DNA of 64,000 bases from a candidate division FCPU426 bacterium (GTDB taxonomy: Bacteria; Oederibacteriota; PGYV01; Palsa-1178), in assembly GCA_963840035.1 (NCBI GenBank), contig CAWIXE010000002.1:1632001-1696000 (forward strand), given 5' to 3'. Both the position numbers and the translations under genes were made by a program. Below, one piece after another: positions 18,831 through 30,609 of this stretch (the stretch's first letter is position 1; every line of letters begins with the position of its first letter). The notes beneath the pieces were generated by a model. That model was not told where the DNA came from, did no database searches, and was given only the letters and a program-made list of their open reading frames with translations.

Positions 18831-18859
18831 TTTATAGCACAAATGTGCTAACGTGTCAA
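18831..18859 (-). promoter_or_regulatory. lexA promoter with palindrome TAGCACA-aa-TGTGCTA (candidate LexA box)
   Basis: Minus-strand TTGACA (18859-18854), 17 bp, TATAAA (18836-18831); palindrome at 18835-18850. Confidence 0.7.
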
Positions 18860-18941
18860 GATAAAGAAAAATCACTTGATATTAAAGGATTTTTCATCTA
18901 AACTTAAATGCAAGTTGACATATATAATTAGGAGAACAAAA

Positions 18942-19523
18942 GTGGATAAAAACAGCAAAGGATTTCTGTACTTAATAAATACGGCGCTTGAAGCAGCGAT
19001 ACTGGCAGGCGCCATAATCATGTTTGTCGTGGGAAAAGTACCTCTGGTAAAAATATTAAACCAGGCCCAGCCGGTCTGGATACAGGCAGGCGCAGGCATA
19101 CTTGCGGGAGTTTTAACAGGAGTCCTGTGCGGGATGCTTGTGACAAAAGTGAAATTCTTCAATCCCGTGCTTGAGATGATAGGCGAGCTGGTATCAAAAT
19201 ACAAATTTAACACGCTTGATATCATTATCATATCCTTAACCGCCGCCGTGTGCGAGGAATTCCTTTTCCGCGCCGGGCTTCAGAGGATATGGGGCATATG
19301 GCCGGCATCAGTGCTTTTCATACTCCTTCACGGATATTTTAACGTAAGGAATTTGAAGATAATGGCATACGGGATAATAATGCTTTTATTAAGCGCGGCC
19401 ATAGGGTATTCATATCAGTACCTGGGATTGTATGCGGCAATTGCTTTCCACTTTATTTTTGACGTAGCGGCGTTGATGGTTGTTTCTAATAGTCTCAAAA
19501 CTCAAGACTCAAGTCCCAAGTAA
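18942..19523 (+). CDS. CPBP (CAAX/Abi) intramembrane metalloprotease
   Basis: EEFLFR, FxxxH and AIAFH motifs; GTG start with AGGAG RBS. Confidence 0.85.
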   Translation: MDKNSKGFLYLINTALEAAILAGAIIMFVVGKVPLVKILNQAQPVWIQAGAGILAGVLTGVLCGMLVTKVKFFNPVLEMIGELVSKYKFNTLDIIIISLTAAVCEEFLFRAGLQRIWGIWPASVLFILLHGYFNVRNLKIMAYGIIMLLLSAAIGYSYQYLGLYAAIAFHFIFDVAALMVVSNSLKTQDSSPK

Positions 19524-19610
19524 AAACAAGTCCTACCTGTGTCTTGGGTCATAGATCTTGAGACTAACACGACTCCTACTTGGGTCTTGGGTCATGAGTC
19601 TTGAGACTAA
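19490..19610. repeat. Heptamer-built palindromic element, copy 2
   Basis: Same TAGTCTCAA...AAGTCCTAC...TTGAGACTAA structure, with a duplicated right arm. Confidence 0.8.
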
Positions 19611-20098
19611 AACTTCTTCCTCTCAAACAAATCCCTCTTCGCGTTCTTAATGCGGTCCAAAAACAGCACTCCATCCAGATGGTCCACCTCGTGCTGCACC
19701 ACTACCGCCTCGAAACCAGACGTCTCCAGAAGCCTGTCGTAGCCGTCCGTGTCCACATACTGGAAGCGGGTGCCCCAGTAGCGCTCCACATTGCCGGTAT
19801 AGTCAGGGACGGACAGGCACCCTTCCCTGTTCGTGACCGACCCTTCCCTGATTAGAAGGACGGGATTAATAAGCACCATCAGCCCCCGCGACTGCTCGGC
19901 TTTTTTATGGCCGGTGACATCCACCACAACTATGCGCGACATGTTTCCCACCTGGGGCGCGGCAATGCCCACACAGCCTTTATTTGTATACATGGCTATT
20001 TTTAAGTCTTCAATAAAATCTTTTACCCTGGAATCTATTTTGGCAACAGGCAGGCACTTCTGCCTGAGCCTCTCATCGGGAAATTTTAAGATGTTCAT
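19607..20098 (-). CDS. def: Peptide deformylase
   Basis: GIAAPQVG, EGCLS and QHEVDHLDG. Confidence 0.95.
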   Translation of the reverse strand: MNILKFPDERLRQKCLPVAKIDSRVKDFIEDLKIAMYTNKGCVGIAAPQVGNMSRIVVVDVTGHKKAEQSRGLMVLINPVLLIREGSVTNREGCLSVPDYTGNVERYWGTRFQYVDTDGYDRLLETSGFEAVVVQHEVDHLDGVLFLDRIKNAKRDLFERKKF

Positions 20099-20640
20099 AG
20101 GATGGCTTTTATAACCTCATTAACCGAGACGTGCACACCGAGCTTTTTGGCTTCCTCAGAGAGCGTCTTCTCCAGCGCCTTTACCCCGTCCTTGCCCGGC
20201 ATGCTCACTTCCAGGAACATATAATAAGCGTGAGGTTTTACCTTTTCAGAGCTTTTTGTTTCAAGGTCTATGATGTTTGCCCCTGATTTATACAATTTTT
20301 CAGTTATGGCGTTTACTATGCCGGGCTTGTCGGCGCCAGATATTGATATGGTATAGGTGCTTCCTTCGCCGGGGTATTCCTTCATCTCTTTTTCGGTTAT
20401 CTTTTTGATATCAAGGGTCATGGAATACTTTTTTGAAAAAGCTTCCATTTCCTTCTGCAGTTTCTGCGGGAGCGCGCCTTTTTCGCCTGATAAAAGCATG
20501 ATGACTGAAAAAGTCCTCCTGAGCATGACCATTGATGAATCCTCAATGTTGAATTTGTAGTTTTTCAGGATTTTTGTCAGGTTAAAAACTATCCCCTTCT
20601 GGTCCACGCCTCCGGCTATAAGCAGATATCTTGTTTTCAT
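20095..20640 (-). CDS. GcvR-like tandem ACT-domain protein
   Basis: GVDQKGIV...NIEDSSM and GADKPGIV...NIIDL. Confidence 0.8.
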   Translation of the reverse strand: MKTRYLLIAGGVDQKGIVFNLTKILKNYKFNIEDSSMVMLRRTFSVIMLLSGEKGALPQKLQKEMEAFSKKYSMTLDIKKITEKEMKEYPGEGSTYTISISGADKPGIVNAITEKLYKSGANIIDLETKSSEKVKPHAYYMFLEVSMPGKDGVKALEKTLSEEAKKLGVHVSVNEVIKAIL

Positions 20641-20725
20641 AGATGCCTCCGTTTTATTGGTATTACGCCCTTACCTACAGACATAATAATACCACGAAAG
20701 GATAATAACAAGGTTTTTTTGATGA

Positions 20726-23700
20726 TTATTGCTTATATAGGACCGAGAATTTAAGGGTCTCCATCTTTATCTCGCCCGTATCCTTAATGGCCCTTACCAC
20801 CGCGACATACACCCCTACCGAAACAGGTTTATCTGTGGCGGTTTTCAGGTTCCACTGCATGGATCCTGACTGAATGGTTCCCTCTAAGCCGCGTACCAGC
20901 TCTCCCGCTTCATTATATATATCGGCCCGTATCTTGCCTGAAGCGGCGGAAGCCCATGCTATATTTATAAACCTGCCGGCCGCCGGATTTACATAAACCG
21001 GATTCGGGAATGATTTAAAACCGCTAATCCAGTCCGCATTACCGCTGTTTAAGACTGTTATTTTCTTGGCGGCGGAAGTGTAATAGCCTGAGCCTGAATT
21101 CAGCTCCACCCTGACTTCATATACCCCGGAATCCACAAGCCTTCCTCCGTCATTTTTCCCATCCCACTGTACAACCGCGCCCGGCGCGTATTCTATGTCT
21201 ATGGGCGAGCTGCCTTTACCTATGCCGGCCGTTTCTAAAAGGCCGAGGTCCCCAAGCGTGTGCGGCACATAATCCGCGGTTATCCTGCGCACAGCCTCGC
21301 CCGCGCTGTTATAAATGCTTACCCTTAGTTTCTTATCAATCCTTACCACCTGCACATCTTTTATCGTGGTCTGAACGTGGTCATACGTGTCGATAAACGA
21401 TACTTTTATATAATATAAGCCAGGCGTTATATTTTGGCCGCCGTCATTATCCCCGTTCCATGTGAATTCCGCGGTCATATCCCCGCCTTCCTGTCCCGGT
21501 GTCTGAATTCCCGGCAGGATCAGTTTTAATTCATCCTGGGACGCGTTAAAAACGGATTCTTCCAGATCATTGATGAGCATCAGGACATTCACGGGATTGT
21601 CCGTAACCGGGGCTTCGACTATGAGCTTAACCAATTCACCCGCTGAATTAAAAGCCTCGATTTTCATTATATACGGATATGGAACCGGGGTCGGGGACGC
21701 AGTCGGTGACAGCGTATTTGTGGGCGAAGCAGTCTGGGTATAAGTCCGGGTGGCAGTAGGTGTCGCCGTCATAGTGCATGTCCGGGTGGGTGTGGATGTC
21801 CTGGTATAAGTCATGGTAAAAGTCGGCGTCGCGGTATTTGTAGCGCTGTATGTCGGCGTGTGCGTAAAAGAAGGAGTTGGCGTGGCCGTATAAGTAGGTG
21901 AAGTGGTATAAGTCACGGTTATAGTACCCGTGTATGTGGGCGTGGCCGTTGATGATGGCGTCATGGTGGATGTTGCTGTATAAGTCGGCGTGTTTGTCAT
22001 GCTTGATGTAGGCGTGGCCGTTTCCGTCGCGGTAAAAGTAAATGTGGGTGTGTTCACCGGAGTGTCTGTAAATGTCGGCGTGCAGGTGGGAGTATTTGTC
22101 ATGGTCTGTGTATTTGTTTTTGTCAATGTGAAGGTATACGTGGCAGTTTCCGTGTAAGTGTAAGACTGTGTGGGTGTATAAGTCATGGTCTTTGTCTGGG
22201 TATATGTAGGCGTTTCCGTATAAGTGAAAGACTGCGTCGGGGTATATGTCATGGTCTTTGTCTGCGTATAAGTGGGAGTTTCCGTGTAAGTAAATGACTG
22301 CGTCGGCGTAAACGTCATGGTCTTTGTCTCGCTGTATGTGGGTGTGGCCGTATTAGTGCTTGAAGGCGTCGGCGTGAATGTTATAGATTCCGTCACGGTA
22401 AACGTCGGCGTCGGAGAAGAAGTCAGCGAAGGCGTCGGGGTAAAAGTTACCGATTGCGTGGCTGTAAAAGTGGATGTGCTTGTATATGTCACCGTATGCG
22501 TGGGCGTATTTGTATTTGTGTATGTTCCCGTAAAAGTCGGGGTCGGCGTGTATGTCAATGTCGCTGTCGGAGTTGCCGTAGCCGTGTTCAGTGTAGTAAT
22601 GGTATAAGTCAGGGTAAGCGTTGCCGTAGATGTCATGGTATAAGAAGGCGTCGCCGTGTAAGTAAATGTCTGCGTGGGCGTAAATGTAAACGTCGGCGTG
22701 CTTGTATTTGAGGAAGTCGCGGTAAATGAAGGCGTCATGGTCGGAGTATGCGTGGGTGAAGTCGTATATGTATAAGTGGATGTGGGCGTGGCTGTATACG
22801 ATTGTGTCGGGGTCGCCGTCATAGTCGGCGTATAAGTCTGTGATTGCGTTGCCGTATAGGTGGAAGTATTTGTCGGGGTGGGCGTGCGCGTATAGGTAAA
22901 TGTCGGCGTGGGAGTTGCAGTATAAGAGAAAGAAGGCGTCGGCGTCGCTGTATAAGTGAAAGTAGGAGTGTGCGTCTGCGTGGCCGTATAAGAAAATGAC
23001 GGCGTAGGTGTGGCTGTATAGGTGGAAGTAGGCGTACGGGTCGGCGTGGCCGTATAAGAGAACGACGGCGTAGGCGTTGCCGTAAATGTCAAAGACGGCG
23101 TGTACGTCGGCGTGGCCGTATACGAGAACGACGGTGTGGGAGTTGCCGTATATGTTAAAGTCGGCGTGTACGTCGGCGTGGCAGTATAAGAGAACGACGG
23201 CGTGGGCGTTGCCGTAAATGTCGAAGTCGGCGTACGGGTCGGCGTGGCTGTATACGAGAACGACGGCGTGGGAGTTGCCGTAAATGTCAAAGTCGGCGTG
23301 TGCGTCGGCGTGGCCGTATACGTTAACGACGGAGTAGGCGTAGCCGTCTTTGTCGCCGTAAAAGTGGACGTCTCTGACGGTGTAATGGTACGGGTGTACG
23401 TAGACGTAAATGTTATTGTCGGTGTTGATGTCCGCGTCGCCGTATAAGTCGCGGTCGGACTTTGCGTAATTGTATAAGTAGCAGTATATGTCATGGACGG
23501 CGTTGATGTCCTTGTAAAAGTCTGGGTATTTGTCCTTGTCGCGGTCCTGGTTGCAGTCGGCGTCGGCGAAGCGCATATGTTCGTCATCGGCACAATCGAT
23601 TTGATTGCAGGCGTTGTCTGGTAATTCAGTATCCCGTCATTATGCCAAGTACAGCTGCCCACTGTGCCAAGGGTAAGGGTTAAGGGCAGGTCCACACAAG

Positions 23701-25557
23701 TGTCAAATCCCGGCGAAGTGAAATGTATAACGTATATAAATTTTTTATTTGCCATATCATTGGTCAGTGAAACGCCTGATATGCCCGGGGACGAGCCTAT
23801 ATAGTAAGGACCGTCGAAAGTCCAGGTGTCAAGCGAGGAAGAATAATCATCAGTTATTGTAAGGTCGCCGGAAGATACATACCCTCCCGTGTTGCATACA
23901 TGAAGATTAAACGTGAGCTTATCCCCCGAGACCAGGTTTGTTGTTTTATTCGCGGTTTTTAATATTGTAAAAACAGGCGGCATGGGCGTTGGCGTGCACA
24001 GGTCTGTCATGGGCACGGTTGATACTATTACCGGTGATGCGTAATAACTCAGCGTTGCGTCATTATGCCACGAACAATTCCCCACGGTCCTTGACGTAAT
24101 ATGCGTATTAAGCGGCAGGTCCATGCAGCCTTTAAAACCTGGCTGTTTAAAAACAATTGTATACGTCGCTTTTCTGTTGCCCACATCCTGGTTCAGCGAA
24201 ATACTATTAACGCCAGCCGGCGCGGTCCAGCTGTAGGGCCCGTCAAATGCCCAGTTGTCATTATTATTAGACCAATCATCGACTATGGTCATAGTCCCCT
24301 GATATGCCTCCCCCCCGGTATTGCAAACACGCAGATTATAAGTTAATTTATCATCCTGCAATATGTCCGTGGTCTTATTAGCCGTTTTTAAAAGCGTAAA
24401 TGCAGGGGCAGGCGGACAGTAGTTTGTCACCTGCACTGACGCTACAGGAGTCGGAAAAGCAAGGTACTGCAGCCCGGCAACATTATGCCAGGTGGAACAA
24501 AACGTAGGCGACTCGCCCCAGTCAAGGCCCAGGGGAAGAGTAAGGTTATAACATAAAGGGCCCATCGGAAACCCGTCGACAAAAGTTACATCAACGCCCT
24601 TCGTAGTCTGTGTAAACGTAATTTTTCCAAGTACCGGGTCTGTGTAATCCCCACCCCTGAAATGCCATTCATCCGGCGAGTCGGTCCACACATCATGGAT
24701 CACCACCGGCGTCCCTGCCGAACCTCCCGCACCGGCGGCATTGCACACGCGCACGACAAATGTAACGGAATATGGCGTCGACTGCCCGAGCGGGGTCGTG
24801 GGCGTTACGAATTTCTGGATGGTAAAGGTCGGAGGCGGAAGAGTCGGCTGCGGTGTCATGTTAAAAGGCTGCCTGAAATAAAGCGTGTGGCATGTGGTTG
24901 TAGGATAAGCAGCTGCCCAGCTGAGCGCGCGAAGAACGGTCCTTGTGCGCGGATCCTGTATCCTTTTCCCCCATTTCTGCGTAGTCATATCAACGGGGTC
25001 CACCCAGGATAGGCCGGAGCCTGCCTGATTATATGCCTTTTCATACCAATTAAGGCCGCCTGTAGGAGGCGGAGTAAGCGCCGGATTCGCGCATGTCGGG
25101 TCGTCATACATCTTTACCCCCGCGTCATCGCTGCCGACATAAACATGCGCGCCTGCGGGGGTCGAGCAGGTAATATCAAGCGACCATGACGCCCACACCT
25201 CGTCATTTGCCGTATTCTGATTTTTAACCGCGATGTAATTGTTTGTATCTGTCAATAAAGCCATCGTAGCGGCGTCAAGGTTTACGCACAAAGGCAGGCA
25301 GCGGCGCCGCCGGGTTCTATATTACAGTATGGAAAATAACCATCACCGACCCCGGTGGGTATCTGCACGCCATTTATCCAGATATACGCAAAGTCATCTA
25401 CCGCGGCGCATAGCCTGGCCGCAGTTGGAGCGCATGCTGAAGCGGCGGACAGGTTTAACGTGAAGACCGGTACGAGGAGGACAAGCACTGAAATAAAAAC
25501 AAAAAACTTTAGCGAACTATGGGTCATAGAATCGCAGCCCGCTTTGCTTTGATTCAT
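20726..25557 (-). CDS. Large secreted protein: Cys-rich N-domain, three DUF11-like Ig domains, alternating-Thr stalk, three FlgD-like domains; frameshift near 25300
   Basis: ORFs 25282-25557 and 20726-25291 together align with paralog 30610-33045; (Y/F)NSAGE, WDGKN and FPNP motifs. Confidence 0.8.
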
Positions 25558-25602
25558 TCTTTCCCCGATTTTGGAGTTTTTAAGGCGCTTTGCTCCTTTA
25601 AA

Positions 25603-25630
25603 ATTATAGAATATAAGGCGATTATGTCAA
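25603..25630 (-). promoter_or_regulatory. Consensus sigma70 promoter
   Basis: TTGACA-16-TATAAT on the minus strand. Confidence 0.65.
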
Positions 25631-25781
25631 CGATAAAAGGCTGGTTAAAACGATATAATTTAAACCGGTTTTATAAGGTGATTAATCGGTTAATACGGTT
25701 TTTATTATGGGGTAAAGCCTTAAAAACCGGGAATCGGGAATGGATTTCTTGCAGGAATGCAATATCACCTACAGCGGCCTT

Positions 25782-28700
25782 TTAGAACTTCCTGATCACC
25801 GACACTTTTGTTGTAACAATTTCAGTCTCTCCCGAATCCTTTTGGGCATGTATTATTATAATGTATAAACCGCTTGAGACTTTTTCACTGCTGCTGTTTG
25901 CCAGATCCCACAAAGCCATACCCGGCGTTAAAGGCGCTTCAATCCTCGCTACAAGCTCAGCCGTCTGGTTATATATATCTATGCGCGCCTTTCCTGCCCC
26001 GTTCGGCACCCACGTAATTTTTATGGGTTTAACCAGGCCGTTTACGACATATACGGGGTTTGGATATGCCTTCACCCCGGTTATGATGTCCTTCGCATCC
26101 AGCCTTAGCACTGTTATGGTCTTTGCCGATGTTGTCTCAAAACCCGTCCCGCTGTTTAGCTCCACCCTGACCTCGTATATTCCGCTGTCAACGAGCCTGC
26201 CCTGCGAATTCTTCCCGTCCCAGTCCATTGACACTCCGGCGGCATATTCAATGCTTATCAATCCCGCGCCTTTTCCCACTGCAACCGTATCCATCATGCC
26301 GAGTTCCTGCAGTTTATCGGGAACAGTCGGCGCGTTCATCCTCCTGATTACTTCCCCCGCGCTGTTATATATGCTGATCCTGAGGTATTTATCCTTATAC
26401 AGCACCTGTATTTCCTTTATTACCGAAACCTCATGGTCATATTCATCCACGTATGAATATTTTATGTAATATGTGCCGGCTTTGATAACCTGGTTGTAAT
26501 TATTTGTACCGTCCCAGTTAAACTCCGATGTCAGGTCCCCGCCTTCCTGTCCAGGCGACTGTATTCCCGGGAATTTTATGTTAAGAAGCCCGGCTGTCGG
26601 GTCAAAAGTGCCTGTTGCCTGCCCGTTTTCAGTCATGACTACCCCGTTGTCCTTGAACTGTTCGGATATTAGAGACTTGGCAATGAGCTTAACTATTTCT
26701 CCAGCGGAATTATACGCCTCAATTTTCAGTATGTACGGATATGGCACCGGAGTCGGTGTAGCGGTTGACGTGAAAGTTATTGTGGGAGTGGCTGTGAACG
26801 TGGACGTGGCCGTATATGTAGGCGTGGCTGTCTGAGTGGAGGTCTTTGTGGGAGTGGATGTGAACGTGGATGTTGCCGTGAACGTCGGCGTGGAAGTCCT
26901 CGTCACTGTATATGTATATGTGGCCGTGTTTGTATAGGTGGGTGTCGCCGTATATGTCGGTGATGTGGTGAACGTATGTGTGAACGTCGGCGTGGCGCTG
27001 GGAGTGGCTGTGGATGTAGCGGTATATGTCCCGGTAAACGAAGGCGTGGGAGTGTTTGTTCTTGTCGGCGTATCCGTATAAGTATCAGTGGAAGTGCGTG
27101 TCGGCGTTGCGGTCATGGTCGCCGTTTTTGTCTGTGTCTGAGTGTAAGTTCCTGTGGCAGTGCGCGTCTCCGTCACGGTTTCGGTAAAAGTACCCGTAGG
27201 AGACGCCGTCCTGGTGTCGGTCGGGGTCGCTGTGGAAGTCGGGGTATCCGGGGCAGTATCCGTCACAGTGGGTGTCGCAGTTTTAGTGTCGGTAAAAGTG
27301 GGTGTTGCAGTGAACGTCGGCGTCGGAGTATGGGTTTCAGTGGCCGTCCTGGTGTAAGTATAAGTGGCTGTTGCCGTAAATGTAGGAGTATGGGTGTATG
27401 TAAAACTTTCAGTAGCGGTAAATGTCTGTGACATTGTGGGCGTATATGACGGTGTTTCAGTAAATGTCTCCGTCGCCGTTCTTGTCGCCGTATATGTGGG
27501 CGTATATGTCATGGACTGTGTTTCCGTATAAGTATCGGTCGCTGTCCTGGTCGCCGTGTAAGTGGGCGTATATGTCACAGACTGTGTTTCCGTGTAAGTA
27601 TCAGTCGCCGTACTTGTCGCTGTATATGTGGGCGTATATGTCATGGACTGTGTTTCCGTGTAAGTATCGGTCGCCGTCCTGGTCGCCGTGTAAGTGGGCG
27701 TATATGTCACAGACTGTGTTTCCGTGTACGTATCAGTCGCAGTCCTTGTCGCCGTGTATGTGGGCGTATATGTCACAGACTGTGTTTCCGTGTACGTATC
27801 AGTCGCCGTCCTTGTCGCCGTGTATGTGGGCGTATATGTAACAGACTGTGTTTCCGTGTAAGTATCGGTCGCTGTCCTGGTCGCCGTATATGTGGGCGTG
27901 TATGTCGTGGATGGTGTTTCCGTATTTGTGTCGGTCGCTGTCCTGGTGGCCGTATATGTGGGCGTGTATGTCATGGACTGTGTTTCCGTGTAAGTATCGG
28001 TCGCCGTCCTTGTCGCCGTGTATGTGGGCGTGTATGTCATGGACTGTGTTTCCGTAAACGTCGCGGTTGATGTCGCGGTATATGTGTATGTCGGTGTAAA
28101 AGTCATGGTCTGAGTTCCCGTATAAGTCGGAGTTGACGTATAAGTGTCCGTCGAAGTCGGTGTCGCGGTTACTGTCACTGTATAAGTGGAAGTGGCTGTG
28201 GACGTGTATGTAAAGCTTGGCGTAGGCGTAGCCGTAAATGTGGATGTGGCTGTGTTCGTCGATGTTGGCGTATAAGTCGATGTCGGTGATGACGTCACAG
28301 TATAAGTCGGCGACGGCGTGGATGTATATGTCGATGTCGGCGTATTGCTTGCGGTGTTGGTCCCCGTAAAGGTGGGTGTCGCGGTAAATGTCTGTGTGTC
28401 CGTAAAAGTTGGCGTGGCCACCGTGTTAGTACTTGTCGGTGTGGACGTGGGCGTCGCCGTCATGGTAAATGTAAATGTCGGCGTCGAGGTGGCTGTATAT
28501 GTTGGTGAAGGAGTATACGTGGAAGTGGGCGTCGGCGTATAAGTGGCAGTATAAGTGCTTGTTGGGGTCTGCGTATATGTAAAAGTCGGCGTCATGGTAT
28601 ACGTCGAGGTGTAGGTCGGCGTCGCGGTAACCGTTGATGTCGGGGTGTATGTCACCGTGGGAGTCGGCGTGGAAGTGCTTGTATATGTGCTTGTCGGCGT

Positions 28701-30591
28701 CTGCGTGGATGTAAAAGTCGGCGTCATGGTATACGTCGATGTGTAGGTCGGCGTCGCGGTAACAGTTGATGTCGGGGTGTATGTCACCGTGGGAGTCGGC
28801 GTGGAAGTGCTTGTATATGTGCTTGTCGGCGTCTGCGTGGATGTGAAAGTCGGCGTCATGGTATACGTCGATGTGTAGGTCGGTGTCGCGGTAAAAGTTG
28901 ATGTCGGGGTGTATGTCACCGTGGGAGTCGGCGTGGAAGTGCTTGTATATGTGCTTGTCGGCGTCTGCGTGGATGTGAACGTCGGCGTCATGGTATATGT
29001 CGATGTGTAGGTCTGCGTCGCGGTAACCGTTGATGTCGGCGTGTATGTCACCGTGGGCGTCGGCGTAGAGGTGCTTGTATAAGTGCTCGTCGGAGACTGC
29101 GTGGATGTGAACGTCGGCGTCATGGTATATGTCGATGTGTAAGTGTTGGTTGCTGTGGATGTCGGCGTGTATGTCACGGAAGGAGTCTGCGTGAACGTGA
29201 CCGAATACGTGGGTGTCATGGTCCTGGTGAATGTGGATGTGGGTGTCACGGTCGCGGTCGGTGACAGTGTCGGTGTAAGCGTCGGTGTTGCGGTTATCAT
29301 GATGAACGCAACGTCATTTGAGGCGCCAAAATTATACCAGGCCATATTATGGACCCCGGTCGGCGTTGCCGACGGCGAAGGCGTTATTGTTGACGTCGGT
29401 GTAAATGTCTTTGTGGCGCATCCGCTTGAACCGCACGGTTCCTCGCCGGTATTCGGGTCCGTTGTGACGACGCTAGTGTATTCGCAGAGCAGAGTATTGC
29501 GCCAGTAAAGGGTCGCGTATTTTACGCTGGAGAAACTCCCTGTCCAGTCGCACGGCCTGGAGTACCAGTTTGAAGTGGCCGGGTTCCAAGCGGGCGTAGT
29601 TGTCAGCTCCCACGCCTGGTTTTTCTGCAGGTAGCCCCCGTTCGGCCCTATCATAAGGTAAGGCCACGAACCGCTGTTCGTCCATCCAAACTGAAAATAT
29701 TTGTTGGCAACCCTCGTGCCTGCTTCGCACGATGCAGCAGCCGCGTTATTAAATGTAGCGCTCTGGTTTGTCGTATTTATATTGCCGTTGGGTATGGAAC
29801 TGCCGTAGGAGTCCTTGCCCGAGTCGTCAAAATTCGACCAGTTCCATGTGTTTGAATCATTTACATAGAAACGAAAATTAACATCTGACGCGAAAACCCC
29901 TGATTCGGACCAGTTTGTTACCTTATACCTCATATTCCATTTATTTCCCGTGCCTCCCGTGCTGGAACACGCTCCGGAATTGAGGAGCTCAAGGTTTAAC
30001 TTATAAGGAGTTGCCGCGCCAACCACGGAAAACTGCGCGGATACGCCGGTGGTGTCTATGTTTGAAGTTGAGTTCGATGAGCACTGGTATCTCGGCCCGT
30101 TCCCCGAGTCTCCGGCATAAGCCGGTATCAGGATGTAATAATTGCCACTTTTTTCCGGCGGTATCTGTGTGATTATCCTTACGTTGTGCCACGCCCCGTC
30201 GCCGTTTACCCCGGGATCAAGGCTGTCGCCTGTATTGGGTCCGTCTACATCAGTGATTGAAGCGCCCGTCGCCGCTTTTGCCACACCGTCATACCACCAT
30301 GTTGTCTGGTTCTTGTATATTCCCCTGGTTTTTGACGCGAGAAAGTCCTGGCTGCACAATGCCAGGCTGCTCCTGTCGGATAACGCAACAACAAACCTCG
30401 GACGCTTTCCGGCGTCGACCATGATCTGAAAGTCAATTGTTATTACCTGACCGGGCGCCGGCGAAGCCGGTGTTATTACGATATTCTGTATCTGCGCGGC
30501 GCCGAAAACCGAGCCCGGAATTAAAAACGCAGACATGAAAACAAACAAGCCTATCCCCGCTTTAAGGGAGAAGCTGCCTGAATTTTTTCAT
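25782..30591 (-). CDS. Large secreted protein: N-terminal domains (one CBM3-like), about 880-aa Thr stalk, three FlgD-like domains; frameshift in an A6 run just after the ATG
   Basis: 1588-aa ORF; ATG at 30591 with GAGG RBS is one base out of frame; C-terminus is paralogous to the 20726 gene. Confidence 0.8.
27460..28060 (-). repeat. 66-bp (22-aa) coding tandem repeats, about 9 copies
   Basis: TYTETQS(V/M)TYTPTYTATRTATD. Confidence 0.85.
28545..29180 (-). repeat. 132-bp (44-aa) coding tandem repeats, about 4-5 copies
   Basis: AAGTCGGCGTCATGGTATACGTCGA at 28583, 28715 and 28848. Confidence 0.85.
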
Positions 30592-30609
30592 GTCCGCGCC
30601 TCTTTTCTC

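Noticed and set aside
22353..23576. 407-aa His/Asp/Tyr/Ala-rich ORF, plus Val/Gly-rich antisense ORFs
   Set aside because: Shadow frames of the Thr-codon repeats, with no RBS or independent evidence
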